From Blastocladiella emersonii ATCC 22665 (lineage: Eukaryota; Fungi; Blastocladiomycota), in assembly GCA_025594325.1 (NCBI GenBank), contig JANHCV010000005.1:124001-188000 (forward strand): a stretch of 64,000 nt of DNA, read 5' to 3'. A program made the position numbers and the translations under genes. This document shows positions 21,742 to 33,809 of the stretch, in pieces (positions within the stretch are counted from its first letter, which is position 1; each line of letters begins with the position of its first letter). Under the pieces are notes generated by a model, which worked only from the letters and a program-made list of their open reading frames with translations, was not told the DNA's origin and made no database searches.

Positions 21742-24244
21742 TCAGTGCGGCAAGCACTTGCGGATCGTGTCGAGGGCAGCGGCCTGCTCGCGGACCGTGG
21801 CCTCGAGCTCGAGGTTCTGCTCCTGGAGCCGCGAGATCTCGGTCTTGGCCATGGCGAGCTGCTCGGCAATGTGGGTCGCGCCCGTCTCGGCCTTGAGCTG
21901 CAAGTTCTCGGCGTGCAACGCCGTGCACACGGACCGCAGGTCAGCGTACTTGGCCTCGAGGTCCGCGACCACGCGCTTGAGCGTGCCGGCAAACTCGTTG
22001 GTCAGCACCTGCGTGTAGTCGGTCGAGGTCGACGGCGGCGCCACGAACGCGAACGTGTCCTCGATGCCGCGCGGCGGCGGCAGCGGCAGGGTGAACTCGC
22101 GGTCGCGCTCGCGCTCGCGCTCGGCCGGCTGGTCCGGCGCGTCGCCCAGGTACGACTGCCCCTGCGCGCGCGAGTACGAGTACGACGAGCTGTGCCGCTC
22201 CTGCTCCGATTGCCGCCGCCGCTTGTAGCTGATGATGGTCTCGGGGCTCGGCGACCGCGACTCGACGCGCGCACGCCGCTGCACGGGACTCGCCGCCGCC
22301 GAGTCGCCCATGGACGTGACGCCGTTGTGCGCGCGCCGGGTCTTGCGGTTCAGGTCGCGTTGCTACAGTGGAGGGCGCCGTGAGACTTTGTCCTCCACGC
22401 GGAAGATGCACGTACAGGAAGGCAAGGACGTACCAGGATCGCCGCCGCGGCCGCGAGCACCGCGGGACTCGCCGCGGCCTTGGCAGCCTCGTCGCTCATG
22501 ACCTTGCGGAACATGATCCCGACCCACGTCTTCATGGGCACCGTAAGGTTGTCGAACTCGGCGTACACCTTCTGCCCGTCGAAGGCGACCCAGATCCCGC
22601 CCTTGCCGTCGACGTGGATCGCCGAAATGTCGCCCGTGACGCGCTTCTTGAGGTTGCGCGCCGTCACCTCGGCGAACCCCTCCTGCAAAAAGTACATGGG
22701 CGGCCCGCGGTTGCACACGGGCTCGAGCGAGATGTTGCCGTGCCCGTGGCCCGACCCGCTTGCCGCGGGGGGCAGCAGCGTGTTGTGCGACGGGTGCACC
22801 GTGAACGGCGCCGTCGGGTCGAACGGCGGCGCCGGCGTGCCCTGCGACTGCATCGCGGCGACCACGGCGACCGCAGCCGCGGCGGCAGCCGCCGCCATCT
22901 TGGGCGACGGCGCGCCGGACCCGTCGCCGCCCTCGACCACCTGCTGCTGCTGCGGGTGCTGGAGCTGCTGTTGTTGCTGCTGCTGCTGTTGCTGCTGGTC
23001 GACGGGCGACTTGTGCTGCTGCTGCTCGGCCCCGTCACCCGGTCCCGGCTGCGTCATGGCCTGCGGCGCAATCGATCCAGCGGAATTCCCGGCACCGTTG
23101 GTCGGGTCGGCGCCGGGGTGCCCGTATCCGGGCGACATGCCGCGGAGGTACGGGTGTGCGCCCATGACGGGGACGGGGTACCCGCGGGGCGACGGGATCG
23201 GCGGCATGTAGTGGAACCCGGCGGCGGCCGAGAAGAGCATCGAGTGCTGCGAGGCCGCCATGTTGGGCACGGGCACCGCGGGCGCGCCGGGGACCCCGCG
23301 GTACGTCGGCGACGCGGGCGCGGGCGCGGGAGCAAACTGCAGCGGGACGAGCCCCGTGGTCGTTGCGCCCGGGTACGGCTGGTACCCGAGGTGCGCCGGG
23401 TGCGCGTGGTGCATGGTCATGGCCATGGGCGCCGAGTGCAGCGGTGGCGGCGGTGGTGGGAGGTGCGGCAGCGTGGTCGCAGGCGGGAGCGACGGGCGCG
23501 ACATGGGGATGCTCGTGGCGACCGCCGCGAGCGACTGGCCCGAGCTGGACACGGCGCCGGCGGGCGGCGACGACTCGGGGACGTGGATGACGGCCGAGTC
23601 GGGAATGCCGAGGCTGCCATTTGCGGAGCCGCCGGCGGTCGGGTCACCGCGGCCGTGGCCGTGGCCCGCGTCGGCCTGGGCCCGGGCGGGCGACAGCAGC
23701 TCCTTGATCGAGCCGGGGTCCTGCTGCGCGCGGTGCTGCGACTCTATGGCGCGACGACCCGGAGGGGTGGTGGGTCAGATGTGGGTGCGCTAGTCGTCGG
23801 CCGTCCGCGGCGCGTACCGGTCGCGGCGTGCTGCTGCTGCTGATGGTGCTGCTGCTGGTGCTGCTGGTGCTGCTGCTGCGTGTACTAGACACATGTCCGA
23901 GCGGTGAGACCGCGCTGGAAGTCTCTCTCGGTCATCAAGGCGCGCACCTCGGCCATGCCGGTCTGGTCGACGGGCGACATGTGCTGCTGCTGGACCTGCT
24001 GCTGAGCCTGCTGCTGCTGCTGGACCATGACCATCTCCTCGGCCGCCATGGCGTTCGGGTCGTTCACTGATCCGGGTCCATCATAATCATTTAGGCGAGG
24101 ATTGCGCGGAGATGAGCATAAATCACGAAACATGACCAGCGCGCGCGCGCGTGTCCGCGTCTGCATCCAACTCGATCCATCCACAATCCACATGCACGCC
24201 AGACATCGAAAATGAGCCAAAATACCGTTTGGATTAGCCTCCAT
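21742..24244 (-). CDS. Multi-exon polyQ/Pro-rich hypothetical protein with a central unknown globular segment and a C-terminal coiled coil (start uncertain: 24244 or 24049)
   Basis: In-frame splice joins link ORFs 23885, 23644, 22350 and 21742 (MAE|YTQQQH, AAT G|AG SQH, AAIL|QRDLNRK); Q/H tracts; C-terminal heptads LKRVVADLEAKY...LEATVREQAAAL. Confidence 0.6.
22940..23025 (-). repeat. (CAG/CAA)n microsatellite encoding polyQ; further tracts near 23830-23880 and 23980-24022
   Basis: Plus strand shows (TGC/TGT)n runs, translated as QQQQQQQQQQLQHPQQQQ. Confidence 0.85.
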
Positions 24245-24470
24245 GATTTGCAGGTACTCGGACACGTTCCCCGCGGTATCTGGCGGAGAAAGGGAATCCC
24301 GGGGAGAGCGAGGGACAACAAAGCCGCCAATCGGCGCAATCGCGAAACGGCAGGGTTAGCGTCACGATGCATCACATGATGCGCCGGAACGCGACTACTC
24401 GTCGCGTCGCGCTCGCGTCGTGCAGGCCGGCCGAAAGTAGCAGTGGTGAAGTCGGTGCAGCGGGCGGTGA

Positions 24471-27400
24471 TCACGCCTGCGACCGCGTGCGCGGCGGCGA
24501 GCAGTACTCGGCCAGCTTGGTCCGCTCGTCGCAGCAGTTGGAGACCCAGTCGATGCTGATGAGCCGCTTGACGATGCCGAGGATCCTATTCGCGCGCGTA
24601 TAACCGAGTCAGTCAACCGCCCGTCCCCACCGCCACACCGAGAAAAGAACGTACGAGACGTCGACCGACGAGTCCTCGATGAGGATATGCGTGATCTCGC
24701 GGGCGCGGGCGTGGATATCGCTGGTGACCTCGGCGCCGTACATGACGAGGCGGGCGACGGCGAGCTCGAGCTCGGGCGCGCTGCGGCGCGGGCGGACGCG
24801 CCCGGGGACCGCGTACCAGTGCGGGTACACGACCATGCCGGCGAACCAGCGGAGCGGCATCTCGGAGTCGTTGAAGTAGCGGGCGCGGACCTGCTCGATG
24901 CGCTTCCACTTGGCGCGGCGGTTGCGCACAATGACGTCGCCGTACCCGTTGGTGCGGGCGTCGTAGGGCGCGAGGGCGTCGTCGCGGTCGGTCCCCGCAA
25001 ACGGCATGGCGAACAGGTCGCGCGACGCGCACTGCACGGTCAGGGGCTGGACGCCGAGGAAGGCGGCGGTCTCGGCGGCCATGCGCGTGGTCACGGCGGC
25101 GACGTGGTTGTCCATGTGGTCGAGCAGCTGCTTCATCTCAGCGTTTGTCTTAATGGGCGCAAAGTCGTTGTCGCCCCACTCGTCGAACTCGCGCATGTAC
25201 CGCGCGTTGGTGTCGCCCGTCATGGACAGCATGTCTTCGGGCACCGGGTCGACCCACCGCTTGTTGGCGACGCACCGCGCAATGTGCCGCGCGTGAATCA
25301 CGTCGTAGTGCCCGCCCTTGATCAGCTGCTGCACGGCAAACGACCCGACCGTCGTCGTCACCACGAGCAGCCCGGGCTCAACGTCGGGCTTGCCGTCGTC
25401 GCCCTCGTCAGGATCGGGTTCCTCTGCCATGGGCAGGTCGGCCGCCGTCAGCGGGCCCGCGCGGCCCGACCGGTGCAGGTTGGCGATGCACTTGCCGCCG
25501 TGCTCCTGGATGAGCTTGTGCAGGTCGTGCGACGACATGCCGTTGATCTTGGCGTCAAAGTCAGACGGCGCGGGTTCGTCCTTGACGAGCGCCTTGAGGA
25601 TGGTCGCGCGCGGCGGAATGTGGACGAGGAACTTGCGCCCGGCAAACACCTGGGCGACGTCGTCGCGCGCCTCGAACTGGAAGAACCCGGAGTGGATGTC
25701 GCGGATCCCGCGGCGCGGGCCGAGTTTCGCGCCGGCGCGGTTGCGGCGCACGCGCTTCGGGTCGAACAGGTCCGTGGTCGGCGACCGGACGAGGCGGCCC
25801 ATGGTCCGGTCCCAGATAGCGACTACATCCCCAAGAACCATGGCGTCAGCCGCGCCCTTGTCGTTGCGGACGCGGCGGACGCGCGGGAACCGGAGCGTCG
25901 CCGAGGCCGCGAAGTCGCCCGACGAGATGATCTCGGCGGCGAGCACCTCGAGGACCAGCGAGTTGTCCGGGTGGATCAGCACGTCGGCGCGCTCCTTGGG
26001 CGAGCCCGTGAGCTGGACCCACGCCGGGTCGGGGTCGCCCGGCCGCATTGCAATGATGTGCGGCTGCAGCCGCGCGTTCATTTCGTCGAGCTGGTGCAGC
26101 GAGTAGCCGGACCCGACCCGGCAGAAGGAGCGCCACCGGTCGGAGCCGTCCTCGCAGGCGCCCGGGTCGCGCAGGCCGAGGAGGAAGTGCGACAGGCGCT
26201 TGTCGCGGCGGCCCTCGCCCCACGACGCGCCGATGATGGCGAGGTCCATGGACTCGAGCAGCTCGGCCTCGTAGTCGATCTTGACCTTGAGCCAGCAGTG
26301 TGGGCGGTCGCCCGGGATGTACATGCTGTCGGGGTCCTTGACGACGAGGCCCTCGCCCTTGCTGTGGTACTGGCCGATGAGCGCGGCGAGCACGTCCTGC
26401 GGCGTGGTGCACTCGGTGACGGGCAGGATCTCGAGCCAGCCGCGCTTGGAGACGAAGAACTCGTTTAGGGCGGCGAGACGGTGGCGCAGCTGGTGGCGGA
26501 TCAGCGACTTGCCGTTGAGGTACAGCAGGTCGAAGACGTAGAAGCGCGGGTGCGAGTCGGCCATGGCGTCGCCCGTGGTGTTGCCAAGCTGCGCGGTGCG
26601 GAGGGTGCCGAACGGGAGCACCTCCTGCGACCTGGTGTCGACGGCGACCATCTCGCCGTCCAGCACGAAATCCTTGACGCCGGGGCGGAAGAAGTTGCCG
26701 ACGTGACGCGTCCACGAGCCCGAGTTGGCGTCGGTGCCGTACTCGGTCCACTCGGTGATCTTGCGCGAGTAGAAGCGGAACTGGCCGTCCTTGTAGTGCA
26801 GGGTGATGCGCTCGCCGTCCACCTTCTCCTGCGAGTAGAAGGGGGTGGCAAACTTTTTGATGCGGGCGGGCAGGATCGAGAAGTCGTCGGCCTTGAAGCC
26901 GAGCATCGGGTAGAAGGGCGTCATGACGGCGATCTCGAGGTCGCTCTCGGCGACGCGGGTCTCGGGGTCAATGAGCTTGGCGACGGTCTCGAGGTCGCTG
27001 CTGGTGGTCCACAGGCGGAAGGCGTCGGGGTGCCAGATGGCGAGCACGGTGCGCTCCGAGATGCCGAGCTTGAGGTCCTTGAGGATGATGCGGAGGAACC
27101 AGGTGAACTCGACGGGCAGCAGCGTGTCGAGCGACCACTTGAGGATGGCGTCCTTTTGCGGGAAACTGGTGGCGGCGGCGAGCGCGTCGAGCTTCGCGTC
27201 GAGCGTGAGCAGGAAGACGCCCGGGTCGCCCGGCATGCGGCGCACGCTGGAGCGCGGCTGGACGACCTCGAGGGCGACGGCGGGCAGGTCGCCGTGCGCG
27301 GCGGACCCAGACGTGGGCGATTTCCAGTACTTGAGCTTGGTGGCGTCGGCCGACTTGGGCTCGAGGTTGAGGGCGAGCGTGATGGCCTTGGACAGGGCGG

Positions 27401-27668
27401 CCTCCTTGAGGTTGTACCGCCCGCGGGCGCGGTCCTGCGGCGGCAGCAGCATGCGCAGCACCATGTAGGCCTCGCGGACGTGTTTCCGGCGGCGCACCTC
27501 GCCGAGGTACGACTCGCACAGCGCCGCCTTGTGCCTGGCGTCCTTGGCGGTGCGCAGCGCCTCGAGCAGCTTGACGAGCGACGTGAAGGTCAGCGGCGCG
27601 AGCGCGTGCGCCCGTTCCGCATTGAGGTGGTCGAGTTGGAGTTCCATGGGGGTGGCTTCATTATTCAT
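24471..27668 (-). CDS. LIG4: DNA ligase IV (NHEJ) with C-terminal BRCT domains
   Basis: DNA-binding domain (YNLKEAAL, WFLRIILKDLKLGI), adenylation motif QEKVDGER, VLDGEM, EGLVVK, WLKVKIDY, LRFPR and two BRCT regions; last exon ends IDWVSNCCDE...SQA* at 24471. Confidence 0.96.
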
Positions 27669-28009
27669 TCATCGGCGAGCGGGAGGAGAGGGGAGAGAGG
27701 GGGCGGAGCGACGCGTTCGTAGGGACTCGATCCCGCGGCCGCCTCGCGCCGTGGTCCCGCGTGACGCGCGCTGCACGCTCTCCCCCACCGGCCCCCGCCG
27801 CACCGCGCCGCGTCCGCCGCCCCGCCCGCCTTCGATACTATCACTCGCTCCCTCCAGGGCTCCGCCACAAAACGCACGTCACTGCCCGCAACGCACTCGG
27901 CGCAACGCGCTCGCCGCCCTTCACGGCACTCGACGCATCGAACCAACGACGGACACGCCCTGACTCCAACCACGACGACCGACCAACCGACGACTTGCAC
28001 CCCCCCACC

Positions 28010-29659
28010 ATGACGCACCCGTTCCCGAGCGCGATGCTGCTGCAGGTGGTGGCGCACACGCTGGCGCAGGCGGGGTTCGCGGGGTTCAAGCACTCTGCGC
28101 TCGAGGTGCTGCTGGACGTGCTGGAGCGGTACCTCGGGGCGGTCGCGGCGCGCGCGGCGGGCGCGGGCGAGACGGCGGGCCGCACCCGCGCCACGCTGCA
28201 CGACGCGGCCTACGCGCTCGACGCCATGGAGATCGACGTGGTCCAGCTCGCCGAGTTCGTGCAGGCCGGGTGGACCGCCAAGCTCGCCAACCTCGACGTC
28301 GACCTGCGCCTCGACGGCGTCGCCACCCTGCCGATCCCGCACCGCCAAATGGACCCGGGACCCAACGCCGTCCCGACGCTGCCGCCCGCCTACCCGCTGC
28401 GCGTCCCCGCCGCCGTCCTCGCCGGCCACGCCGCCCGCGATCCGCTCCAGCGCGAGCGCCTGTTCGTCGAGCCCGTGGACCCGCCCGTCATCCACGCCCT
28501 GCGCGCTCCCTCCGCGCCCATCGCGCCCGCTGCGGCCGAGCCACCAAGGCAGGCCTCGGCCGAGACGGGTACCGAGGACGATGCAGCGCCCGCCGCCGAG
28601 GAGGGCCTCGAGGTTGACCTGGCCCTGCTGCTCTCGCTCGACCGCGTGCTGAACCCGCCCCCGCGCCCGGCCATCGCGTCGCACCCGCACATCCCGACGC
28701 ATCTCCCCGCACTCCCCGGCTCCTCGGCGTTCGCCTCGGCCGCCGACACGGCGGGCTCGAACCTCCTGCGCAGCGCCTCGTCCAAACCGGGCGCCTCGTC
28801 GTCGACGGGCACCGCAGCGTGGGCCACCACCGTGCAACCGCCATCGCCCAAGCGACGAAAGTTTGGCTCCTCTTCCGATACCCCAACCTCCACCCCGCTC
28901 GACCGCAAGGCGCTCCTCGAGATGCACCGCAAGGGCCACCGCGTGCCCCGGCCCGAGCGCGCCAACGCGGCGCTCAACGGCCACGCGGTCCCGCCGTCGC
29001 GCCCGAACCCGAACCCGTCCGCGTACCTGCGCAAGGCCAAGCCGGGGGCTGCCGCGGCAGCAGGGTCCAAACCGTCGTCGCTCGCGCGCGCCATTGCTGC
29101 TGCCAACCGCGCGAGCGCCGCGGTCCCGGCCCCAACCCCGCCATCGTCGGCCACAGGCGTCGGGACCGCCAACGCCGTGCCAGCGCCCGCCAAGCCTGCG
29201 GCAGGAGCAGCAGCCGCGAGCGCGTGGAACCCAGCGGCGGGCACGAGCACGTCGGTCCTGCGCCTGCTGCACCGGAAACCTGTCTCGCTCGCGACCGCGC
29301 CCGACGCGCTCTTCACACGTGGCGACGGCGGCGAGCTCGACCCGCTCCTCCCGAACCTGGCGCTGGTCGCCTCGTCGACGTCGGCCGAGGACCCGCCCGA
29401 CGAGGACAACAAGGCCGGCACCGAGGAGATCCACTGCATCTGCGACCAGGCGCGCGTCGACGACGCCGGGCTCATGGTCGCGTGCGACAGCTGCGGCGTC
29501 TGGTTCCACGGCAAGTGCGTCCATATCACCGCCGCCATGGTCCACGACGGGCTCACGTGGTACTGCCCGCGGTGTATCAAGGCGGGCAAGCTGCACGAGA
29601 TCAAGGCCGCCGCCGCGGCCGCCGCGCCAGGAGCGCTCATGGCGGGCGGTGCCAAGTAA
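28010..29659 (+). CDS. TAF8/TAF3-like histone-fold (bromodomain-associated, BTP) protein with C-terminal PHD finger
   Basis: LLQVVAHTLAQAGF...SALEVLLDVLERYL...GRTRATLHDAAYAL (BTP); HPHIPTHLPALP (TAF8-like proline motif); IHCICDQ...MVACDSCGVWFHGKC...WYCPRC (PHD). Confidence 0.8.
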   Translation: MTHPFPSAMLLQVVAHTLAQAGFAGFKHSALEVLLDVLERYLGAVAARAAGAGETAGRTRATLHDAAYALDAMEIDVVQLAEFVQAGWTAKLANLDVDLRLDGVATLPIPHRQMDPGPNAVPTLPPAYPLRVPAAVLAGHAARDPLQRERLFVEPVDPPVIHALRAPSAPIAPAAAEPPRQASAETGTEDDAAPAAEEGLEVDLALLLSLDRVLNPPPRPAIASHPHIPTHLPALPGSSAFASAADTAGSNLLRSASSKPGASSSTGTAAWATTVQPPSPKRRKFGSSSDTPTSTPLDRKALLEMHRKGHRVPRPERANAALNGHAVPPSRPNPNPSAYLRKAKPGAAAAAGSKPSSLARAIAAANRASAAVPAPTPPSSATGVGTANAVPAPAKPAAGAAAASAWNPAAGTSTSVLRLLHRKPVSLATAPDALFTRGDGGELDPLLPNLALVASSTSAEDPPDEDNKAGTEEIHCICDQARVDDAGLMVACDSCGVWFHGKCVHITAAMVHDGLTWYCPRCIKAGKLHEIKAAAAAAAPGALMAGGAK

Positions 29660-29691
29660 GATGGGCGGGGTGTGCGATGATAGTGGAATAC

Positions 29692-30406
29692 ATGGATCTC
29701 TTGCGACTCCGACTCCGACTCCGTGCAACGGCGCTCGCCCTCGCCGTCCTCGTCGTCGTCTTCGCGGGCGCGGCGGACGCCAACACCTTCATCCGGCGCA
29801 TCCGGCCCGACACGGAGACGCACAAGCTCCCCGCGGGCGAGGACCTGCCGTCGTCCGCCGTGCCACTCGTGCTGGGCGAGGGCACGCGGGTCACGGTCCC
29901 CATCGCGTTCGCCGTCGACGACTCGGCGTACCCGAGCGGACCCGTTCGGCGGGTTCCCCTCAGCGACGCGGCGGCGTGGGTCGCGCTTCCCCCCGGCGAC
30001 GAAGAGAGTGTGGCGGACCTGCGCGTCAGCTGGCCCGCGAGCACGCCCGTCGATATCGACTACGCGCTGTTCCGCGACTGCCGCGGTAGCAAGTGTACGC
30101 GGCTCGTGCGGCTGCGCGGCGTGTGGGACACGTACACGCGGCGCGACGCGGGTGAGGTCCCGGGCGCGGCGACCGTGTACCTCGGTACGGCTTTTGAGTG
30201 TACGGCCAGAGGCAAGGAGCTCACAGCGAGATGTAGTCTACGAGCGCGCGGTCCTCGGGGTGCTCCCAGCGACGGCGGTCCCGCTGATCCCGCTCCTCGC
30301 GGTCGTCGTGGGCGTCGCGGCGCTGGTCGTGGTCCCTCGCGTGCTCCGGCTCGTCGACGAAGCCGTCCTCGAAGACAACGACAACAAGGGCACCAAGTCC
30401 GAGTGA
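29692..30406 (+). CDS. Uncharacterised signal-peptide, single-pass membrane protein (2 exons)
   Basis: Signal peptide ALALAVLVVVFAGAADA; LRVSWPASTP motif; intron ~30186-30236; TM segment VLGVLPATAVPLIPLLAVVVGVAALVVV. Confidence 0.65.
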
Positions 30407-30456
30407 TGTGTGCAGTGCAGTACGCGATACATTTTCATTCCCCTTGCTTCCCACTC

Positions 30457-31634
30457 TCACCCGTCGTTGCGTCGGAACTGGCTGAGGAGCGACTCGCGGC
30501 GGTCGTTCCAGTCGCCCGAGTTCCTTGCTGCCGCGCCGGATGGCGGCTCGCGCGCGCGGCCGCGGCCGCGGCCGCTTGTGCTGCGGAGTAATGGCGTGGT
30601 CGCGGACGCGGGCGCGCGCAGCTGCTTATCGCCCGTTGCGCCGGCGAGCACGCCCGAGTCAGTGCGGCGGACGGGCTCCCACGGCTCGGCGTCGGCGTCG
30701 TGGTCCTCGACGCTGCCGTACCACGGGCCGTACGGCATCGCGGGGACGGGCGGCGGTGGCGGTGGCACAGCCGCGCCTAGATTCGGCGACGTCGCGGCGG
30801 CAGCGCCGAGCACAGGCGACGTGGGCGAAAAGTAGGAGCTGATGGGCCCGTTAGCGTAGCGCACGATGCCGGACCCCTGCGACCGCGAGTGCACGAGGCC
30901 GCGGCCGCTGCTGGCGCCGAGCGAGTCCTGGCGCTGCAGCGCCGACTGGTGCGCGCTGTACTCGGTGAAGATGCGCACGTACTCGCGCGCGACCAGGCGT
31001 TGCCGGCGCAGCTTGTAGTACGTGTAGAAACCGCACAGCGTCACGAGCAGAACCACGGCGAACAGCGTGGCGAAGATGGCGAGCAGGAGTGCCGATTGCG
31101 TGACTACACCGATGTCGCGCGATGTGAGCTGGGTCGGGCGAGCGATGGAGACGCCACGACGACGTACAGTAGCACTGGCCCGACATGTAGTCCCACTTGC
31201 TCGAGCACTGCGCGTTGGTCGTTGGACCCCAGGAGTCGCCCGGGATGCACACGTTGTCCTAGAGACTGCACGCCGCGCTGTGAGCTCCCACGTCGCGCAC
31301 ACGCAGATCCCGGAGCGTGTGAGACGCACCGTGACACACCACCCGCACCGCTCGTTGCGCAGGCACACGAAGCACGACGAGAGGCTCGCGCACGTCGAGT
31401 TGAGCACGGCTACAGCAAACGGGACCGGCGGTGGCCCGGCCAATGTTAGATTCGCGCCGCGATGACCGCGAACGCAGCAGCAAGCGCACCGTCGGGATCG
31501 GACGGCGACAGCGGCAGGTCCATGTCGGGCATGATGAAGACGGGCGGCGGCTGCACGCCCGGCGGCGGCAGTTCAGTGCCGGACGGCCATGATAGCGCCA
31601 GCGGAGGCGGCGGCGGCGGCGTGGCTCGGGGCAT
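30457..31634 (-). CDS. PSI-domain (PTTG1IP-like) single-pass membrane protein, multi-exon
   Basis: CASLSSCFVCLRNERCGWC...CIPG.SWGP...C..KWDY..GQC followed by TM LLLAIFATLFAVVLLVTLCGFY, a basic stop-transfer segment and a disordered tail. Confidence 0.7.
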
Positions 31635-31949
31635 GGCGTGCGTGGTATCAGTCGAGAGGGATCGGGCTAGCGCGGAGTCCTGGCTGCATGGGGCGCTATG
31701 GCGCCGAGTGATACATGTAGTAGTGAGTGTGTTGCAGGAGGGAGGGAGAGGGAGAAGGTTGCGTCGCGGACCTCGGTGTCACGCCGGCCTTCGCGCCGCG
31801 CCGCGCGGTCACTGCCAAGGGAACTGTCGCTGCCGACCGACGACGCCCGCGCCGTGCCGACCCCCTCGCCTTGTTGACGCCGACGCCGACTTGGCTCCCT
31901 ACGCATCCCTCCACTCGCTGCAACGTATCAACCACGACGGACCAACGCG

Positions 31950-33392
31950 ATGGCAAAGAGCGGCATGGATTCTGTATGCTCGTCCCTTCAGCCTTGCTTC
32001 AGCTCGCTCAGCCCCGCTGACACCCCTCTCACACAGAGCCGCTGGCAACACGACCTCTTCACCGAGACGACCTCGCCCGACCGGTCCTCGCTCTCGCTCG
32101 ACGACCGCCTGGGCGGGCGCGGCGGCCGCAGCTCGCGCAACCGTGACCGCGGTGACCGCCGCGACCGCGACGACGCCCGGCCGTCGTTCTCGACCGCTCA
32201 GCTCCGCCGCTCGGCCGACGACAATGTCGGCGACTCGTACCGCATCGTCGTCGAGGGCCTCCATTTCGAGGTCACCGAGGCCGACCTCAAGGTATGACCT
32301 GCGCACGCTCGACCAGCTCCAGCACCTGCCCGACCCCCCGCAGCAACCGAACCCGCATGTTTACCGTCATCGCCTTCGTGTCCCTGCGATTGCTCGATTT
32401 AGGTGCGCCGTCGCTGCATACCAATCGCCACGCGCATCCTCGCTGACCTCGTACCCCGAGTCCCGTAGGAGCTCATGGACCCCTACCGCGCGACCAAGGT
32501 GGCGCTGCGCTACGACTCGACGGACCGGTCGACGGGCGTCGCCGACATCGAGTTTGCCTCGCGCTCCGACGCCGACGCCGCGTGCGACCGGTACCACGGC
32601 ATGCTGCTCGACAACAAGCAGATGACCCTGCGCGACTGGCACCCGCGCTATGACGGCCGCGGTTTCGGCTCCACCGCGCGCATGTACAACCGCTCGGGCA
32701 CACGCGAGTGGGACCGTGACCGCGACCGTGAGTGGGATCGCGCGCCCAAGGACGGGTACCGGACGTCAGAGTACGTGATTTCTGCGGAGTCGGCCACTGC
32801 GGCGAGTGCTAACCGTAGGCCGCTGTGTAGTTTGCGCCGCTCCGGCGACAGCTCAAGTCGCCGGGACCGCGACCGCCCCGACGCGCGCACCACGATCCGC
32901 GAGAGCGCGCTCGACAGCCGCCTCGGCGGTCCCGCGACGCGCGCCCCGCGCAACCCCGCACCTGCCCCGGAACCCGAGCCCGAGTCCGACCTCGAGCTCG
33001 CACCCGTACACGCGCACGAGGTCATCGACACGACGGCGCCCGACCTCGAGGACGGCGAGTACCGCGTGCTGCGCCGCCCGCCCGCCGAAATCATCACCAA
33101 GGAGACCCAGCTCAACTCGCGCCTCGGCACCTCGGCTGCCGCCCCGCCGCCCAAGCGGTTCGTCGACGAGGACGAGGCCGCCAACTGGGGCCGGCCCGAC
33201 CGCCGGCAGCGCAACCGGAATGAGCACGATAACCGTTGGGAGGGCCGCGGGCGCGGCGGGCGGAACGATACCGCGGACCTCGACCGCGACCTCGAGGAGT
33301 ACATGAAGGCGGCGGCCGCCGAGCCGGCACCCGCGGCACCCGCGCCCCCGATGGTGGTGGCGCAGCCCGACGAGGACGCCATGGAGCTCTGA
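31950..33392 (+). CDS. Aly/REF (Yra1/THO4-like) RRM mRNA export adaptor
   Basis: WQHDLF motif; RRM (IVVEGLHFEVTEADLK...YDSTDRSTGVADIEF...YHGMLLDNKQM); RG-rich regions; C-terminal DLDRDLEEYM. Confidence 0.82.
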
Positions 33393-33809
33393 TGTGATGA
33401 GCAGAGGAGAATGAATGCATGACAGTTTTGTGATATTTATGATCCGACGACGCGTCTCTCGGGTGGCGTTCAGGGACCCGGCGCGATTGGCCAGCGCGCG
33501 CTTGGCCGCGTGCAGCTGCAGATGCAGCTTGCCCCCGCACCGATTTTCAGTCGTCTCTCGCTGGCCCCGGTCCCTGGATGCCGGCCACTCGGTCCAGCGA
33601 TCGACGACGAGAGCGGCCGTCGTCGACCAGCGCCCTCTCCTTCTTCTTTCCCTTCTGGCCCCGGCCGCCGTCCATCGTCGCGCGCGCTCCACCGTGGCCA
33701 TCGCGACCACGACCGACCCTCCGACCACCGACGTCAGTTCTAAAACGGTCCGTTTCAACGGGCACAGCCACACACGCCCCTATCGCCGCCTAACCTTGAC
33801 CAGCGCGGC

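Noticed and set aside
29656-29683. Splice fusion of the TAF-like gene to the downstream membrane protein via the GTAAGA donor
   Set aside because: The 28-nt intron would be implausibly short and the join is out of frame with the downstream CDS.
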